NCBI GenBank assembly: GCA_022844165.1
Contig: JALHMH010000008.1
Span: forward strand, 32,001-96,000
Reading direction: 5' to 3'
Source of the DNA: Lysobacterales bacterium
GTDB taxonomy: Bacteria; Pseudomonadota; Gammaproteobacteria; Xanthomonadales; SZUA-5
Length of the DNA stretch: 64,000 bases
Shown here piece by piece: positions 29,414-40,646 of the stretch. How positions within the stretch are numbered: the first letter of the stretch is position 1; the number at the start of each line of letters is the position of its first letter. The notes beneath the pieces were generated by a model. The model ran no database searches. It was not told the DNA's origin and saw only the letters and a list, made by a program, of their open reading frames with translations. The translations under genes and the position numbers were made by a program.

Positions 29414-30750
29414 GCGCACCTGTTGTGATCGCCGGGGCAGGGCTCGCTGGCGCTTTGCTGGCAGCGCAACTGGCGTTGCGTGGGCATCGGGTTGCTGTGT
29501 ACGAAAAGCGCGCAGACAGCCGCCGGGAAGAGGTTGCCGCCGGACGCTCGATTAACCTGGCGCTCGCCGAGCGGGGCTGGGAGGGATTGCGTCGCGCAAA
29601 TGCGGTGGATGCCGTGATGCAATTCGCCTTGCCGATGCGCGGACGCATGGTCCATGACCGGCACGGACGTTTGTCTCTGCAACCGTATGGCGTTCGCAGC
29701 GATGAGGTCATTTATTCGGTACATCGCGGCCATCTCAACCAATGTCTGCTGGATGTGGCACAAGACGCCGGGGCCGAACTGCATTTCGACGCACCGCTGA
29801 CACGAGTCGACTTTGCAGCGCGACGAGCTCAGTTTGCGCAGGCCGAGGTGCCTTTTGAAGTGCTGATCGGTGCTGACGGCGCCGGCTCGGTGGTCCGTGC
29901 GTCGATGAGCGCCGCAGCGCCGCTGGGCGACTACACGGACTTTCTCGATCACGGTTATAAAGAACTCCGCATCCCCGATCGGGACGGAGCCTTTGCGCTC
30001 GATCCGGAAGCGCTGCATATCTGGCCGCGCGGTGGTTACATGTTGATCGCGCTGCCCAATCCAGATCGCAGTTTCACCGCCACGCTGTTTCTGGCCAATC
30101 GGTCCGAGAATGGGGAGGCGAGCTTTGCAGCGCTGTCGGATGCAAACGCGGCCCAGCGGTTCTTTGCCGCACAATTCGCGGACGTATTGGGATCGATTCC
30201 CGATTTTGATCGCCAGTGGACGGACCACCCGGTTGGCATTCTGGGAACCTTGCATTGTCCACGATGGCACCACGGCGATCGCGCGCTACTGATTGGCGAC
30301 GCTGCCCACGCGATAGTGCCATTCCATGGTCAGGGTATGAACTGTGCGTTCGAAGATTGCGTTTCGTTGATCGACGGCATAGGCCACCACACGCCTGGTA
30401 GCGCGATCGATTGGTCGGCAGTATTCGATCGATTCGATGCGGATCGTCGCCAGCACTGCGAGGCGATCGCAGCTATGGCCCTGGAAAACTACATCGAAAT
30501 GCGCGACTCGGTCGCCGATCCTGCGTATCAGCTACGTCGCGCATTGGAACTGGAGCTGGCCCGTCGCCTGCCGGAATTTCGCCCTCGCTACGCTCAAGTC
30601 ATGTTCACCAACATTCCCTACGCTCAAGCGCGTCAGAATGGCCGCGCCCAGGCAGAACTGATGAAGCGGCTGACCGAGGGCAAAACTCAGTTAAGCGAAA
30701 TCGACATCGACGCTGCTACGGCTGCAGCTTTGCGCCTGCGCTCCGGCTAA
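29410..30750 (+). CDS. kmo: kynurenine 3-monooxygenase
   Basis: GAGLAG, GRSINLALAERG, LHIWPRG, GDAAHAIVPFHGQGMNCAFED and NYIEMRD motifs. Confidence 0.95.
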   Translation: MSAPVVIAGAGLAGALLAAQLALRGHRVAVYEKRADSRREEVAAGRSINLALAERGWEGLRRANAVDAVMQFALPMRGRMVHDRHGRLSLQPYGVRSDEVIYSVHRGHLNQCLLDVAQDAGAELHFDAPLTRVDFAARRAQFAQAEVPFEVLIGADGAGSVVRASMSAAAPLGDYTDFLDHGYKELRIPDRDGAFALDPEALHIWPRGGYMLIALPNPDRSFTATLFLANRSENGEASFAALSDANAAQRFFAAQFADVLGSIPDFDRQWTDHPVGILGTLHCPRWHHGDRALLIGDAAHAIVPFHGQGMNCAFEDCVSLIDGIGHHTPGSAIDWSAVFDRFDADRRQHCEAIAAMALENYIEMRDSVADPAYQLRRALELELARRLPEFRPRYAQVMFTNIPYAQARQNGRAQAELMKRLTEGKTQLSEIDIDAATAAALRLRSG

Positions 30751-33145
30751 GCAACTCGTGCAAGGCAGCGCTGAGCTGTTCGATGCGAAAGGGTTTGCGC
30801 ATGAACATTGTGACGTCGTCTTCGGCGCACAAGTCGGCTGCATGTTGTTTGGAATAGCCGCTGACGAACAGTACGGGCAGTGACGCCCGCACCTTGCGCA
30901 ATTCGGCGGCGACAACTGAGCCGTCTTTGTCCGGCATCGTCATATCCACCACCGCAATATGAAAGCGATCGGGCTCATTCGCGAACGCAGCAACCGCATC
31001 GTCGCCGACCAGGTAGGCACTCACGTTGTAGCCACACTGTTCCAACATCACGACAGTAATTGCCAAAACGTCCTCATCATCATCGACGGCCAGCACTTCG
31101 ATCGACTCTGGACTGATTTGAATCGAAACTTGCTCTCGCTCGACCGAAGACGAAGGTGCTGGCGCATCGATCAACGGCAACAGCAGTTTGATTTCCGTCC
31201 CAATGCCCTCTTTTGTTGTCAGGCGGATCGAGCCGCCTGACTCACGGATGATGCCCTGCACGACCGAGAGCCCGAGCCCACGGCCGGTCGATTTGGTGGT
31301 AAAAAACGGCTCAAAAATCCGTCGGGCTGTCGCCTCATCCATTCCTGGGCCATCGTCTCGCACCGATACCTCGACATAGCGCTCCGCATCGGCAATGGGC
31401 CACTGCAGCGTGATCGGTCGTACGTCCTGAGATGTGACCGCTTGAGCGCGCAGCAACACGGTTCCGCCGCGTTCGCCGATAGCGTCAACGGCGTTTTGCA
31501 CAAAGTTGAGGATCACTTGTTCCAGTTGCGTCTCATCGCCCAGGACCCAGAGCGCCTGTTCGTCGACTTGATAGCGCAGGCGCACGAAGCGTCCGGCGGA
31601 TGCTTTGAGCAAGGGTTCCATGTCATCCAGCAACCTTGCTACATTCAGCGGAGAACGTCGTCCGGATGATTTGCCCGCATAGGCAAGCATACGTTCGGTC
31701 AGGCCCTCCATCCGCGCCATAACGCTCTCGACGGTATGTAGATACTGTCCCAGGGGCGACTCATGGTTCACTGCCGATAAAGCGAGATTCAACTGCCCCA
31801 GGGCGGCCATCAGCATGTTATTGAGGTCGTGTGCGATGCCGCTGGCCATGACGCCGAGGCTTTCTGCCTTTTGCGCTTGATACACCTGACGCTGCAAGCT
31901 GTCGCGCTCAGCAAGTTGCCGATAATCGTCGGTTTTGTCTTGCAAAACGGCGAGGAAGGTTCCGTTCGTATCGGCGGCGTTCTGGCGCTCCAGTCGCATA
32001 TGCGCGCGCAGCCATCGTTCGCTACCATCTGGCAATAAGATGGGATAGTCGATGGTGTCATGCTCGCCGCCACGCAGCAACGCAAAAATCCGATCGCGCA
32101 ATAGATCGCGATAGTTGGGTGCTACCAATGCGAGGAGTTCTTCGGTGCTCACGATGTGAGGATGGGCTTGCCCATAAAGTTCCGAGTACGCCCCAACCAT
32201 CTCCGATCGCATTGATGAGCGGTCGACGCGCAACGCGCCGACGTGAGCATCGCGCAAGATCCGATCGAGCCATTGGTGGCGGTCGATCAAGGACTGGCGT
32301 TCGTGTTGCACACCGCTGGCATTGGTGCCGACAAAAACAAAGTGCCGCTGGCGCTCACCCGGGGCCGTAAAGGTGCTTGCATCGACATTCAACCAGCATT
32401 CTTCGCCCGATCGTCGGCGCATGCGCCAAGTCGTATTGAGCGCACCCTTGGCCAACAGTTGCCGTGCAAATTGCGCACGATATTCGATGCCCTCCGGGAA
32501 ACATAAGTCGATGATATTCAGGCTCAGCGTCTCCGAAGGAGACGCTCCAACTGCGTGGCTGAACGCCTCGTTGGCCATGACCACCTGGCCCCTGGGATCG
32601 AGCATCCAAATGCAGGCGGTAGACGTATTCAAGAACGATTCGAGCCGAGCCGCAGCACGCTGCGACTCGTACTCTGCGGTGACATCACGAGAGACGCCAA
32701 TGACACGGGCGACCTTTCCATTCGGACCTCGCTGGACCACGGACGCCGATCGCAGCCATCGTATCTGGCCGTCGATATGAACCCGGAAGTCCACAGTCGG
32801 CAGTACGCCATCTTCAGGGTTCGTCCAGCGCTCGCGCAACCACTGTCGGTCGTCGACGTGCACCGATTTGAGCCAGTCGTCGATTTTGACTGGCACTTCG
32901 ATCGTCTGGGGAATGCCGAGCAGCCGCCGGTAACCGGGAGAGGCATGAAACTCGACGCCCGGACGCCAGCTAAAGAACTCCACATCAGCGACGTGCAGTA
33001 ACAGGCGCAGCTGTTCGTTGTCGGCAGTCAGGTCATCGATCAGTCGCTTCCGCTCTTCAGCGAAAGCGCGCTCCCGATCGGCCAGAGCTGTCGTCAGCTG
33101 CTCGACTTGCGAGCGCAATTGGTTGATCAACTTCGACGCAGCCAA
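30716..33145 (-). CDS. cytoplasmic multi-PAS hybrid sensor histidine kinase/response regulator
   Basis: N-terminal coiled coil; about 3 PAS/PAC domains; GIAHDLNN H-box; QVILNFVQNA, DDGPGM, FEPFFTTK and GRGLGL boxes; C-terminal receiver (VDDD, DMTMP, KPF). Confidence 0.9.
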   Translation of the reverse strand: MAASKLINQLRSQVEQLTTALADRERAFAEERKRLIDDLTADNEQLRLLLHVADVEFFSWRPGVEFHASPGYRRLLGIPQTIEVPVKIDDWLKSVHVDDRQWLRERWTNPEDGVLPTVDFRVHIDGQIRWLRSASVVQRGPNGKVARVIGVSRDVTAEYESQRAAARLESFLNTSTACIWMLDPRGQVVMANEAFSHAVGASPSETLSLNIIDLCFPEGIEYRAQFARQLLAKGALNTTWRMRRRSGEECWLNVDASTFTAPGERQRHFVFVGTNASGVQHERQSLIDRHQWLDRILRDAHVGALRVDRSSMRSEMVGAYSELYGQAHPHIVSTEELLALVAPNYRDLLRDRIFALLRGGEHDTIDYPILLPDGSERWLRAHMRLERQNAADTNGTFLAVLQDKTDDYRQLAERDSLQRQVYQAQKAESLGVMASGIAHDLNNMLMAALGQLNLALSAVNHESPLGQYLHTVESVMARMEGLTERMLAYAGKSSGRRSPLNVARLLDDMEPLLKASAGRFVRLRYQVDEQALWVLGDETQLEQVILNFVQNAVDAIGERGGTVLLRAQAVTSQDVRPITLQWPIADAERYVEVSVRDDGPGMDEATARRIFEPFFTTKSTGRGLGLSVVQGIIRESGGSIRLTTKEGIGTEIKLLLPLIDAPAPSSSVEREQVSIQISPESIEVLAVDDDEDVLAITVVMLEQCGYNVSAYLVGDDAVAAFANEPDRFHIAVVDMTMPDKDGSVVAAELRKVRASLPVLFVSGYSKQHAADLCAEDDVTMFMRKPFRIEQLSAALHELLSRSAGAKLQP

Positions 33146-33711
33146 AACTGCATCTCCTTGGCGCTTTCTTGCGCCTCTCCTAGTTCACGCCAGGAAAATT
33201 GTGCCTTCATCGCTGGCACAGGATGATAGCCCCGCGAATGCCAGAACGTGTCCAGCGAACGCGCCAATGCGGGGCGCCGCGGATCGGCCGGATGACGAAC
33301 CACTGCGCAGAATGCCGTGATCGGATAACCCAACTCTTTTGCGCAGCGCTCGCGTTCATCGAAAAAACGATGCCCGATGCCACGGCCGCGCCAGGTGTCG
33401 AGCAACACCGACTCGCCAAAGTAAAACACCTGGTCGATCGCTACGCCGGCATGCTCGAAGGGCGCGCGACAGTGGTCCGGCTCGTCTTTGAGCGGCACGC
33501 CGGTGGCGCATCCCACCAGGTCAATGCCGTCGAATGCCAGGACAAATACCGCATCAGGCGATGCTGCATAGGTGCTCAGATAATTCTGCTCGTACTGAGC
33601 ATCGCCATCGTACAGGTACGGCCACTGTCGGAACACTTGCATACGCAACGTGGCGAGTTGTGGCAAGACCGATCTCGCTTCGTCGCCCGTAGCTGTACGG
33701 ATGGAAATCAT
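33127..33711 (-). CDS. GNAT family N-acetyltransferase
   Basis: WPYLYDGD..YE..YL and YFGESVLL..WRGRGIG motifs. Confidence 0.88.
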   Translation of the reverse strand: MISIRTATGDEARSVLPQLATLRMQVFRQWPYLYDGDAQYEQNYLSTYAASPDAVFVLAFDGIDLVGCATGVPLKDEPDHCRAPFEHAGVAIDQVFYFGESVLLDTWRGRGIGHRFFDERERCAKELGYPITAFCAVVRHPADPRRPALARSLDTFWHSRGYHPVPAMKAQFSWRELGEAQESAKEMQFWLRRS

Positions 33712-34574
33712 CGCATCGCTCGCTCGCGGGCGAGCCACAATGTGGCCGGAAAGTCACCGAACAGGCCGTCGCACCCGGCGCCATAGGCGCGAAAGGCAGT
33801 CTCCTCCGGGTCAGCGCCCGGGGTCTCGTCGTCATCGCGAAAGGTCCACGCATGAATCGCCTGTCCTCGTTGATGCGCTGCCTCGATGAACTGTGCGCCG
33901 CCATCGAGCGCGGTTCTGGCGATGCCATACCCGTCGACGCCATCGACCAGTGCCAGTGGCAAGTCAGTGCAGAGCAACGTGGTTCGCAAACCAAGCATGC
34001 GCTTGACTTCGATCAGCGTCTTCAGGTCAAAACACTGCACCCACACCGGTGCATTCGCACCCCAGCCGAAAGCGGCAAGATCCTTCGCAAGCGAGTGCAC
34101 CATCGACATCCCTTGCGCCGCGAAGTAGTCCGGGTGTTTAAGTTCAGGATAAACCAGGAGCGGGCGATCGCGGCGCCGGCGTTCCTGGTCCAGGAGCAGC
34201 AGCACGTCGGCAAAGCTCGGAATCCGATAAGCGCCGCTGCGCTCCATGGGGCGATCTGGGCGCGGCTGGATCGCCCGAAGTTGCGCTAACTCACCGGCGG
34301 CAAAGTCGCTCACCCACCAGTCGTCGCGGCCTTCGTCATGGCGACAGCGAGCTGCGAACTCGGGGCGCTCCGCGATATCAGTCGAACGCCGCAGGGTCAA
34401 ATCATGGCGCGCATGCAATATGCCATCGCCGCTCAACACCAGGTCGGGCTCGATCACATCGGCACCCTGCTCGATCGCCAGCGCATAACCCGGCAGCGTA
34501 TGTTCCGGCACAAGGCCGCTCGCGCCGCGGTGCGCGATCACCCAGGGTTTTGCGAATGGTTGCCAGCGCTGCAC
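33708..34574 (-). CDS. glycerophosphodiester phosphodiesterase family protein
   Basis: IAHRGASG..PEHT, IEPDLVLS.DG....RHD, PELKHP and HAWTFR motifs; start uncertain (34574-34625). Confidence 0.9.
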   Translation of the reverse strand: MQRWQPFAKPWVIAHRGASGLVPEHTLPGYALAIEQGADVIEPDLVLSGDGILHARHDLTLRRSTDIAERPEFAARCRHDEGRDDWWVSDFAAGELAQLRAIQPRPDRPMERSGAYRIPSFADVLLLLDQERRRRDRPLLVYPELKHPDYFAAQGMSMVHSLAKDLAAFGWGANAPVWVQCFDLKTLIEVKRMLGLRTTLLCTDLPLALVDGVDGYGIARTALDGGAQFIEAAHQRGQAIHAWTFRDDDETPGADPEETAFRAYGAGCDGLFGDFPATLWLARERAMR

Positions 34575-34658
34575 AAGTGCTCTCGAATACCGACAGTCGC
34601 CGAGACTAAGCCAGAAATGCGCCACATCGGCGGCTCGGCCACGCTAATTTGCAATCGC

Positions 34659-35309
34659 CTACGCAGAAGCGAGAAATGGTAACCAGTGTGCCAGCCAGGT
34701 TGCCGCTTCGGCACCTAGAAAATACACTGCATAAAAGAAGCCACCAAAGTAGACGGCACTGGCAATCAACCAAAAAACCGACATCGGCACCATCCAGCCA
34801 TCGCGCTCCAGGATGGCCACGGCACCAAACAAGCAGCCGAGCGCTGGAATCGTATTGTTGAACGGCAGGACCGGAACTGGAATCGCAAGCAGTACACCGC
34901 CAGTGAGGATCAGTGCGCCGCATAAACGCTCGCCTGTGCGCCCGTCAACCCATCCTGTCAGGCGCTCGCGCGTCAGTTTCGCCAGCATACGAATGACAAA
35001 TTGGCATACGCCCAATAAGCGCTCCCAGGCTTTGCGCGAAGGTTTGATGGCGTAAATGCGGTCGGGCAACCATAACTTGGTTCGTCCTTGGTACAACTGC
35101 CATCCCAGAGAGGCCAGTACCAGGCCACCCGCTGTGGACACTGGCCCCAGCGTCACCGGTGTCAAGAACGGCAAGGACAGCAGAACAGCCGACAGTGCTA
35201 ATGCAGATGTGCTCAAGCTCGCGAGCACTTCGCCCAGACTTAGGCTCTCGTGTTCAGCGCGTTCCACGCACTGCTCGAGTACACGAATCAAGGTTTGCCG
35301 ATGTTCCAT
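34659..35309 (-). CDS. exoD: exopolysaccharide synthesis ExoD family membrane protein
   Basis: LSLPFLTP, LWLP and PFNNTIPA..ERDG motifs. Confidence 0.85.
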   Translation of the reverse strand: MEHRQTLIRVLEQCVERAEHESLSLGEVLASLSTSALALSAVLLSLPFLTPVTLGPVSTAGGLVLASLGWQLYQGRTKLWLPDRIYAIKPSRKAWERLLGVCQFVIRMLAKLTRERLTGWVDGRTGERLCGALILTGGVLLAIPVPVLPFNNTIPALGCLFGAVAILERDGWMVPMSVFWLIASAVYFGGFFYAVYFLGAEAATWLAHWLPFLASA

Positions 35310-35439
35310 TGCGCAGGCGCCACCAATCAAGAAGCGCCGGAGAATAGACGTTCGCTGTGACCGGGGAGCGGTTCGAATCGCCAGCAGAAGGCCAAGTGCA
35401 TAACGGAATCGCTGATCGACGCCGATAATTCAAGCGATC

Positions 35440-36294
35440 TTAGGTTTGCGCCAGGACGGGGAACTTGTGAGGCGCGATGGGCGACATGCCGCGAACAAAC
35501 AGATATGGATCGGGATCAACGCCTGTGGCTTTTGCGCAAGGCCAGAGTCGATCCGGACAAAAGCCAAATCGGAGACGTCGGACAGGGCGCTCGATGAGCC
35601 GCGGCAGGTATTCCGTCAGATCGACTGGATGGCGGCTGATGACGTCCAGCAGATACAAGGTATCGTCGGCTTGTTGGGAAAAGACGAATGTCTCATCGTC
35701 TAACTGGCGCGGCGCCGAGACAAAGCCATTCGCCAGATACCACTGCACGATTGGGCCATGTTGCACGCAGGCAAAGCGCTCGCTGATCGGCGTTGTCGCC
35801 AGGGCATTCAGTTGCTCGCGCAGTCGGGCGTCAGTCGGGTCGATCGCCGGGGCCAACGTCGAAGGCTGGATGTCGACATCGGCAAAAAACAGAGATTCCT
35901 CGCGCGGCTCAAATCCGTATCGTGGATAGAATCCCAGAACGTCCGGGTTGGCGAACAGCAGCGCCGGGTCGTCGCCGACGATTTCCAGCGCGCTTGTCAT
36001 CAAAATCTGCGCGAGCCCTTGCCTGCGCGCTTCCGGGCGCACGCCGACAGCGCCGAACTGCCAGGCGCGCTTGCGGCCACCATCGAGCACCAGATGCATG
36101 GTTTGAAGCGAAACATTGGCCACGATGTCATCGCCCTCGAACCAGGACAATGTCCGGTAGTCTTCGGTCCACTGTTGCCACTCAATCCAGCGCTCGAAAC
36201 CGGCGCTCGGAAACACGGCACGGACATAGCGGCAGAAAGCGGCTTTGTCGAGAGCCGAGCTGTCCTGGCGAAGTTCACGGATCGGCATCGCCAT
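35440..36294 (-). CDS. GNAT family N-acetyltransferase
   Basis: QFGAVGVRPEARRQGLA and LFAN..V.GFYPRYGF motifs. Confidence 0.85.
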   Translation of the reverse strand: MAMPIRELRQDSSALDKAAFCRYVRAVFPSAGFERWIEWQQWTEDYRTLSWFEGDDIVANVSLQTMHLVLDGGRKRAWQFGAVGVRPEARRQGLAQILMTSALEIVGDDPALLFANPDVLGFYPRYGFEPREESLFFADVDIQPSTLAPAIDPTDARLREQLNALATTPISERFACVQHGPIVQWYLANGFVSAPRQLDDETFVFSQQADDTLYLLDVISRHPVDLTEYLPRLIERPVRRLRFGFCPDRLWPCAKATGVDPDPYLFVRGMSPIAPHKFPVLAQT

Positions 36295-36477
36295 TTCTCT
36301 AGACCAGGCACAAAGTCTGCTGCGTGGATTCCAGCCCCCACTCACTCGACATGAGTTCCCTTTTTTGCCACATCTGTGATTTGCCGAGCTGAGCCCAGGC
36401 ACCCGGCAAAACGCCGGGTCTAAAAGCCAATCCGGACACGAATTCTCAATGGACTCACGTGACGCAGATCGCTGCTT

Positions 36478-37512
36478 TCAACGCCGCGGCAACAGCGGCA
36501 TCGGGTCTACCGGTTTGCCATTGCGCCGAATTTCGAAGTGCACAAGCACTCGATTGGCGGCGTTTTTGCCCATTTCGGCGATCTTCTGACCGGCTTTGAC
36601 CTTATCGCCTTCCTTCACCAGCCGCACTCGATTGTGGCCGTAAGCACTCAACAGTTCAGGCGAGTGCTTGATGATGATCAGTTCGCCATAACCAATCAAT
36701 CCGGCGCCGCTGTACACCACTTCGCCGTCGCGCGACGCGACGATGGATGCGCCCGGTTCGCCAGCGATGTCGATGCCCTGGCGCGTCGGATCGCCCGCTG
36801 CGTAGGTTACGACGACGCGCCCCTGGGCGGGCCAGATCCAGCCCGCCGAGCTGGGTTGCTCGATAGACACCGGCTTGGGCGCTGCACTGGGCGTCGCGCC
36901 GGCCGCTGTGTTCGCACCAGTCGCTGGGGTGGTGTCAGTCGCTGCCGTCGCAGGCGCGGTAATTGGGGCAACTGCGGGCGCAACGACGGGCTCTGGGGCG
37001 CTCGTGATCGGCGTTTCGGCGGGCGTCGGCGCGGGTGGAGCGGCAATGCCATCCAGTGGGACAGCGCCCTCAGGTACGGTGACGCCGTACCGTTGGTCAA
37101 ACCCCGGATCGCGTGGGCCAACCACCGCGCCGCCAACCCGTTCGCCGCCGACGGGCATTGGTGCACTGGCGATCGGCGCAACAGCCGACGTCGGCTGCTC
37201 TGCCACCGGAGGGGAGGGTGCTTCGGCCGTGACTGCCGGCTGGCCTTCGTTGCTGGCGACTTGCAGGCGCTGTCTTGGGTAGATGGTATATGGCGCTTCG
37301 ATGCCGTTCCATGTCGCCAGATCGCGGTAGTCGACGCCGTACTGCACGGAAATTTTGTACAGCGTATCGCCTGCCTGGACCTCGTGATACCGCGGCGCAT
37401 CGCCGGATGCCTGTATCGCTGGCGGCGGCTCGGTCACTGCCGCCGGTCGCACGACGACCGACTGTTGGCAAGCCGCCAAACTCAGCAGAATCAGCGGTCC
37501 CAGTGCTCTCAT
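36478..37512 (-). CDS. nlpD: LysM/M23 lipoprotein NlpD
   Basis: Lipobox LAAC; LysM VQAGDTLY; Pro/Ala-rich linker; degenerate M23 domain WIWPAQG..GIDI..SAYGHN..HFEIR; follows pcm. Confidence 0.9.
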   Translation of the reverse strand: MRALGPLILLSLAACQQSVVVRPAAVTEPPPAIQASGDAPRYHEVQAGDTLYKISVQYGVDYRDLATWNGIEAPYTIYPRQRLQVASNEGQPAVTAEAPSPPVAEQPTSAVAPIASAPMPVGGERVGGAVVGPRDPGFDQRYGVTVPEGAVPLDGIAAPPAPTPAETPITSAPEPVVAPAVAPITAPATAATDTTPATGANTAAGATPSAAPKPVSIEQPSSAGWIWPAQGRVVVTYAAGDPTRQGIDIAGEPGASIVASRDGEVVYSGAGLIGYGELIIIKHSPELLSAYGHNRVRLVKEGDKVKAGQKIAEMGKNAANRVLVHFEIRRNGKPVDPMPLLPRR

Positions 37513-38183
37513 GCCACGCCCTTTACCCAGGGCACGAAACTGACCGCGCCGAGCGATTCTTTGGTCCATCCCTCTGTTCCCCTTGTCATCCGAACCAACG
37601 TTTGTTGTCCTGGCGGCCCGACCGGTGCGACCACGATACCGCCAACGCGGACCTGATCGAGCAGTGTCGGGTCGATGGATTCGCGCGCCGCAGTGGCCAG
37701 CACGGCATCGAAAGGTGCGCATTCAGGCCAGCCCACGTTGCCGTCGTCGTGTTTCGACCGAATGTTCAGTGCGAGTTTGCGAAAGCGCTTGCGCGCCAGT
37801 CGCAGCAGTTCGTCGATTCGCTCGATGGTGAAAACCTCTTTGAAAAGTGCCGCCAGCACCGCCGCCTGGTAACCCGATCCGGTGCCGATCTCGAGCACTT
37901 TTTCGACACGATCGACATGCAACGCCTGAGTCATCAGAGCGACGACATAGGGTTGCGAGATGGTCTGTCCCATGCCAATCGGTAACGCCGTGTCCTCGTA
38001 GGCGCGGCTCGCCAATGCCTCATCGATAAACAGATGCCGGGGCAGGGCACGCATGACTTCAAGCACAGCTTCGTCCTTAATGCCGCCCGCGCGCAAGCGC
38101 TCGATCAGACGATCGCGCGCGCGTTGACTGGTCATGCCGGCGCCTTTCATTGCAGACGGCGGCGGCGCGGTGAAGCGCGTCAT
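37509..38183 (-). CDS. pcm: protein-L-isoaspartate O-methyltransferase
   Basis: [15 protein letters not shown] and [13 protein letters not shown] motifs. Confidence 0.95.
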   Translation of the reverse strand: MTRFTAPPPSAMKGAGMTSQRARDRLIERLRAGGIKDEAVLEVMRALPRHLFIDEALASRAYEDTALPIGMGQTISQPYVVALMTQALHVDRVEKVLEIGTGSGYQAAVLAALFKEVFTIERIDELLRLARKRFRKLALNIRSKHDDGNVGWPECAPFDAVLATAARESIDPTLLDQVRVGGIVVAPVGPPGQQTLVRMTRGTEGWTKESLGAVSFVPWVKGVA

Positions 38184-38956
38184 AGCGCCAACTCCGCACG
38201 CCCGCCGCTGGGATTGACCCAGGCACTGAGTTTTTCGAGCGCCGTGTAGCGCGTCAAATCCACCGTCAGCGGGGTAATGGAGACAAAACCGGTGCGCACG
38301 GCGTGAAAATCGGTTCCCGGGCCGGCATCTTGCTCCGGACCGGCAGGCCCGATCCACCAAACCGGCCGCCCGCGCGGATCGGTCTGCCGAATGCAGGCCT
38401 CGGATCGATGCCGATGGCCCAAACGTGTCACTTCAAAACCGCGGATCTCACTGACGGGGCGATCGGGCACGTTGACGTTGAGGATCGTGTCCGCTGGAAG
38501 AGGATCGGACAGCAGCCGCAACACCAACTTGACGGCGACTTGCGCGGCAGTTTCGTAGTGTCTGCCGAGGTGCTCGCTGGTCACCAGCGACATGGCGATC
38601 GCCGGCAAACCGAGAAATCTCCCTTCCATCGCCGCCGCCACGGTGCCCGAATAGAGCACGTCATCGCCCATATTTGCCGAGTTGTTGATGCCCGAAACGA
38701 CAATGTGCGGTAGTTCGTCGAGCAGTCCTGCCAAGGCCAGGTGCACACAATCGGTGGGAGTTCCGGCGACACGGTAGCGCCCGCCACCAAGCTCGAATGC
38801 GCGAATCGGTTGGTCGAGCGTCAGTGAATTGCTCGCGCCGCTGCGGTCGCGATCCGGGGCGACGACGCTGACGCGCCCCAGTGCACGCAGCGCGTCGCTC
38901 AAATGCGCTATCCCTGGCGCATCCACGCCGTCATCGTTGCTGACCAGTAAATGCAT
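38180..38956 (-). CDS. surE: 5'/3'-nucleotidase SurE
   Basis: [26 protein letters not shown] and [11 protein letters not shown] motifs. Confidence 0.96.
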   Translation of the reverse strand: MHLLVSNDDGVDAPGIAHLSDALRALGRVSVVAPDRDRSGASNSLTLDQPIRAFELGGGRYRVAGTPTDCVHLALAGLLDELPHIVVSGINNSANMGDDVLYSGTVAAAMEGRFLGLPAIAMSLVTSEHLGRHYETAAQVAVKLVLRLLSDPLPADTILNVNVPDRPVSEIRGFEVTRLGHRHRSEACIRQTDPRGRPVWWIGPAGPEQDAGPGTDFHAVRTGFVSITPLTVDLTRYTALEKLSAWVNPSGGRAELAL

Positions 38957-39046
38957 CGCTGATACGCACCAACCGCTAGTCTTAATGCCCGGGATCATAC
39001 GCGGGGCGACGCAAGCATTAACGTCAAAGCGAAAACGCGCCGTATC

Positions 39047-39565
39047 GTGGTCAGCAATGACGACCGCGAACTTTTCCGTGGGGCCATAGGGCCGGTTCGG
39101 AAGCTTGATGCTGCGCCCGATCTGCGCCGGGAGACAGCGCCCCAGCCGGCGCCGCTGCCCGTACAGTCGGAGGCGGACGAACGTGCCGTAATCCGCGAAC
39201 TACTGGCCAGCGATGAAACTGCCAGTGGCGCCACGAGTGGCGAAGCGTTGAACTTTTTGCAAAACGGTTACCCGCCCAGGCTGCTCAAGCAACTGCGCCG
39301 TGGCCAGTTCCGAATCGAAGACGAGATCGACCTGCATCACTTGCGGGTCACGGAGGCTAAACAAGTGCTCGCCGAGTTCTTTGCCGCTGCGCGAAATCAC
39401 CGTCGCCGCTGCCTGCGAATCGTCCACGGCAAGGGCCGCAGTGGTGAGGGTATTCTCAAGTCATTGGTGGATGGCTGGTTACGGCAGCGCAGCGAGGTTA
39501 TCGGCTTTGTCTCCGCACGCCCGGCCGAAGGTGGTACTGGCGCCGTTCTCATCCTGCTGAAATAA
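39047..39565 (+). CDS. Smr/MutS2 C-terminal domain protein
   Basis: DLH, IVHGKG and GGTGA motifs. Confidence 0.9.
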   Translation: MVSNDDRELFRGAIGPVRKLDAAPDLRRETAPQPAPLPVQSEADERAVIRELLASDETASGATSGEALNFLQNGYPPRLLKQLRRGQFRIEDEIDLHHLRVTEAKQVLAEFFAAARNHRRRCLRIVHGKGRSGEGILKSLVDGWLRQRSEVIGFVSARPAEGGTGAVLILLK

Positions 39566-39701
39566 CCTGCCCGGAACGATGGCGATAATCCTCAGGGGCT
39601 GCGGGCTTGACCTTGGCGCCGCGACCAGTCCACGATAGGTCATTGATCGCGAATCTGTGGCTTTTTGAGATCGCAGAGTGATTTCCAAGAGGGGTTGAAA
39701 A

Positions 39702-40502
39702 ATGAAGTTGGCCATTCGAACGCTGGCATTGGTGTGCGCATTCTTGCTTACCGCGTGTGCGACGAATCCAGCCGGGCGCAATACGCTGAACATGATTCCA
39801 GCTTCGCAAGTCAATCAGATGGGCCTGGCCGCATTCGCTGAATACAAGACCAAGAAGCGGGTCGCAAACGCACCGCGAGAACAGGCTTACGTCGAATGTG
39901 TCTCGCGAAATCTGATCGCCCAGCTGCCGGATCAGCAGCGCAGCCTGCCATGGGAAACCGTGCTGTTCGATGACGAGACGCCAAATGCTTTTGCGCTTCC
40001 AGGCGGAAAAATCGGCGTGCATACCGGTTTGCTTGCGGTCGCTCAATCCGAGGACCAGCTGGCCAGCGTGATTGGCCACGAAATCGCGCATGTCTGGTAT
40101 GGGCACGGCGGCGAGCGCGTCTCGCAGCAGTTTGCGGCTCAAGCCGCGTCGGCGGCAGTGAACGCATACGCCGGATCTCGGCAGGATGGCAACTCGCAAC
40201 AGGTTGTTGCGCTCTTGGGGCTCGGTGCGCAAGTGGGTGTTCTGCTGCCATTTTCGCGCAAACATGAGACTGAGGCCGATGTTGCTGGCGCAAGGCTGAT
40301 GGCTGAGGCTGGTTATGCACCCGGCGAAGCCGTGGCGCTCTGGGAGAACATGGCGCGCGCTGGCGGGCCGAACGTGCCGACGTTCTTGTCCAGTCATCCG
40401 AACAATCGCCAACGCATTGAAGGGCTGCAGCGCATGCAAGACGAGTTGTCGCAAATCGCCGCTGTCGCCCAGGCAGCGGGTCGGCCGAAGCGTTGCCGTT
40501 GA
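39702..40502 (+). CDS. M48 family metallopeptidase lipoprotein
   Basis: Lipobox LTAC; NAFALPGG, HEIAH, FSRKHETEAD and FLSSHP motifs. Confidence 0.92.
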   Translation: MKLAIRTLALVCAFLLTACATNPAGRNTLNMIPASQVNQMGLAAFAEYKTKKRVANAPREQAYVECVSRNLIAQLPDQQRSLPWETVLFDDETPNAFALPGGKIGVHTGLLAVAQSEDQLASVIGHEIAHVWYGHGGERVSQQFAAQAASAAVNAYAGSRQDGNSQQVVALLGLGAQVGVLLPFSRKHETEADVAGARLMAEAGYAPGEAVALWENMARAGGPNVPTFLSSHPNNRQRIEGLQRMQDELSQIAAVAQAAGRPKRCR

Positions 40503-40646
40503 CCGTGCAGCGGTCGTGACATACCGAGAGAGTCTCACCGGCTTCCCGAACAACGATCATTGATCCAGTTGCCTCGTAAAACGCAACTGCGCAATAACGT
40601 CTATCCGGTCTTGGCGTGACGTCCCGAATGTGCTGCCGAACCCGCT

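Noticed and set aside
36850-37260. Low-complexity Pro/Ala/Thr tract
   Set aside because: Ordinary NlpD linker, not a DNA tandem repeat.
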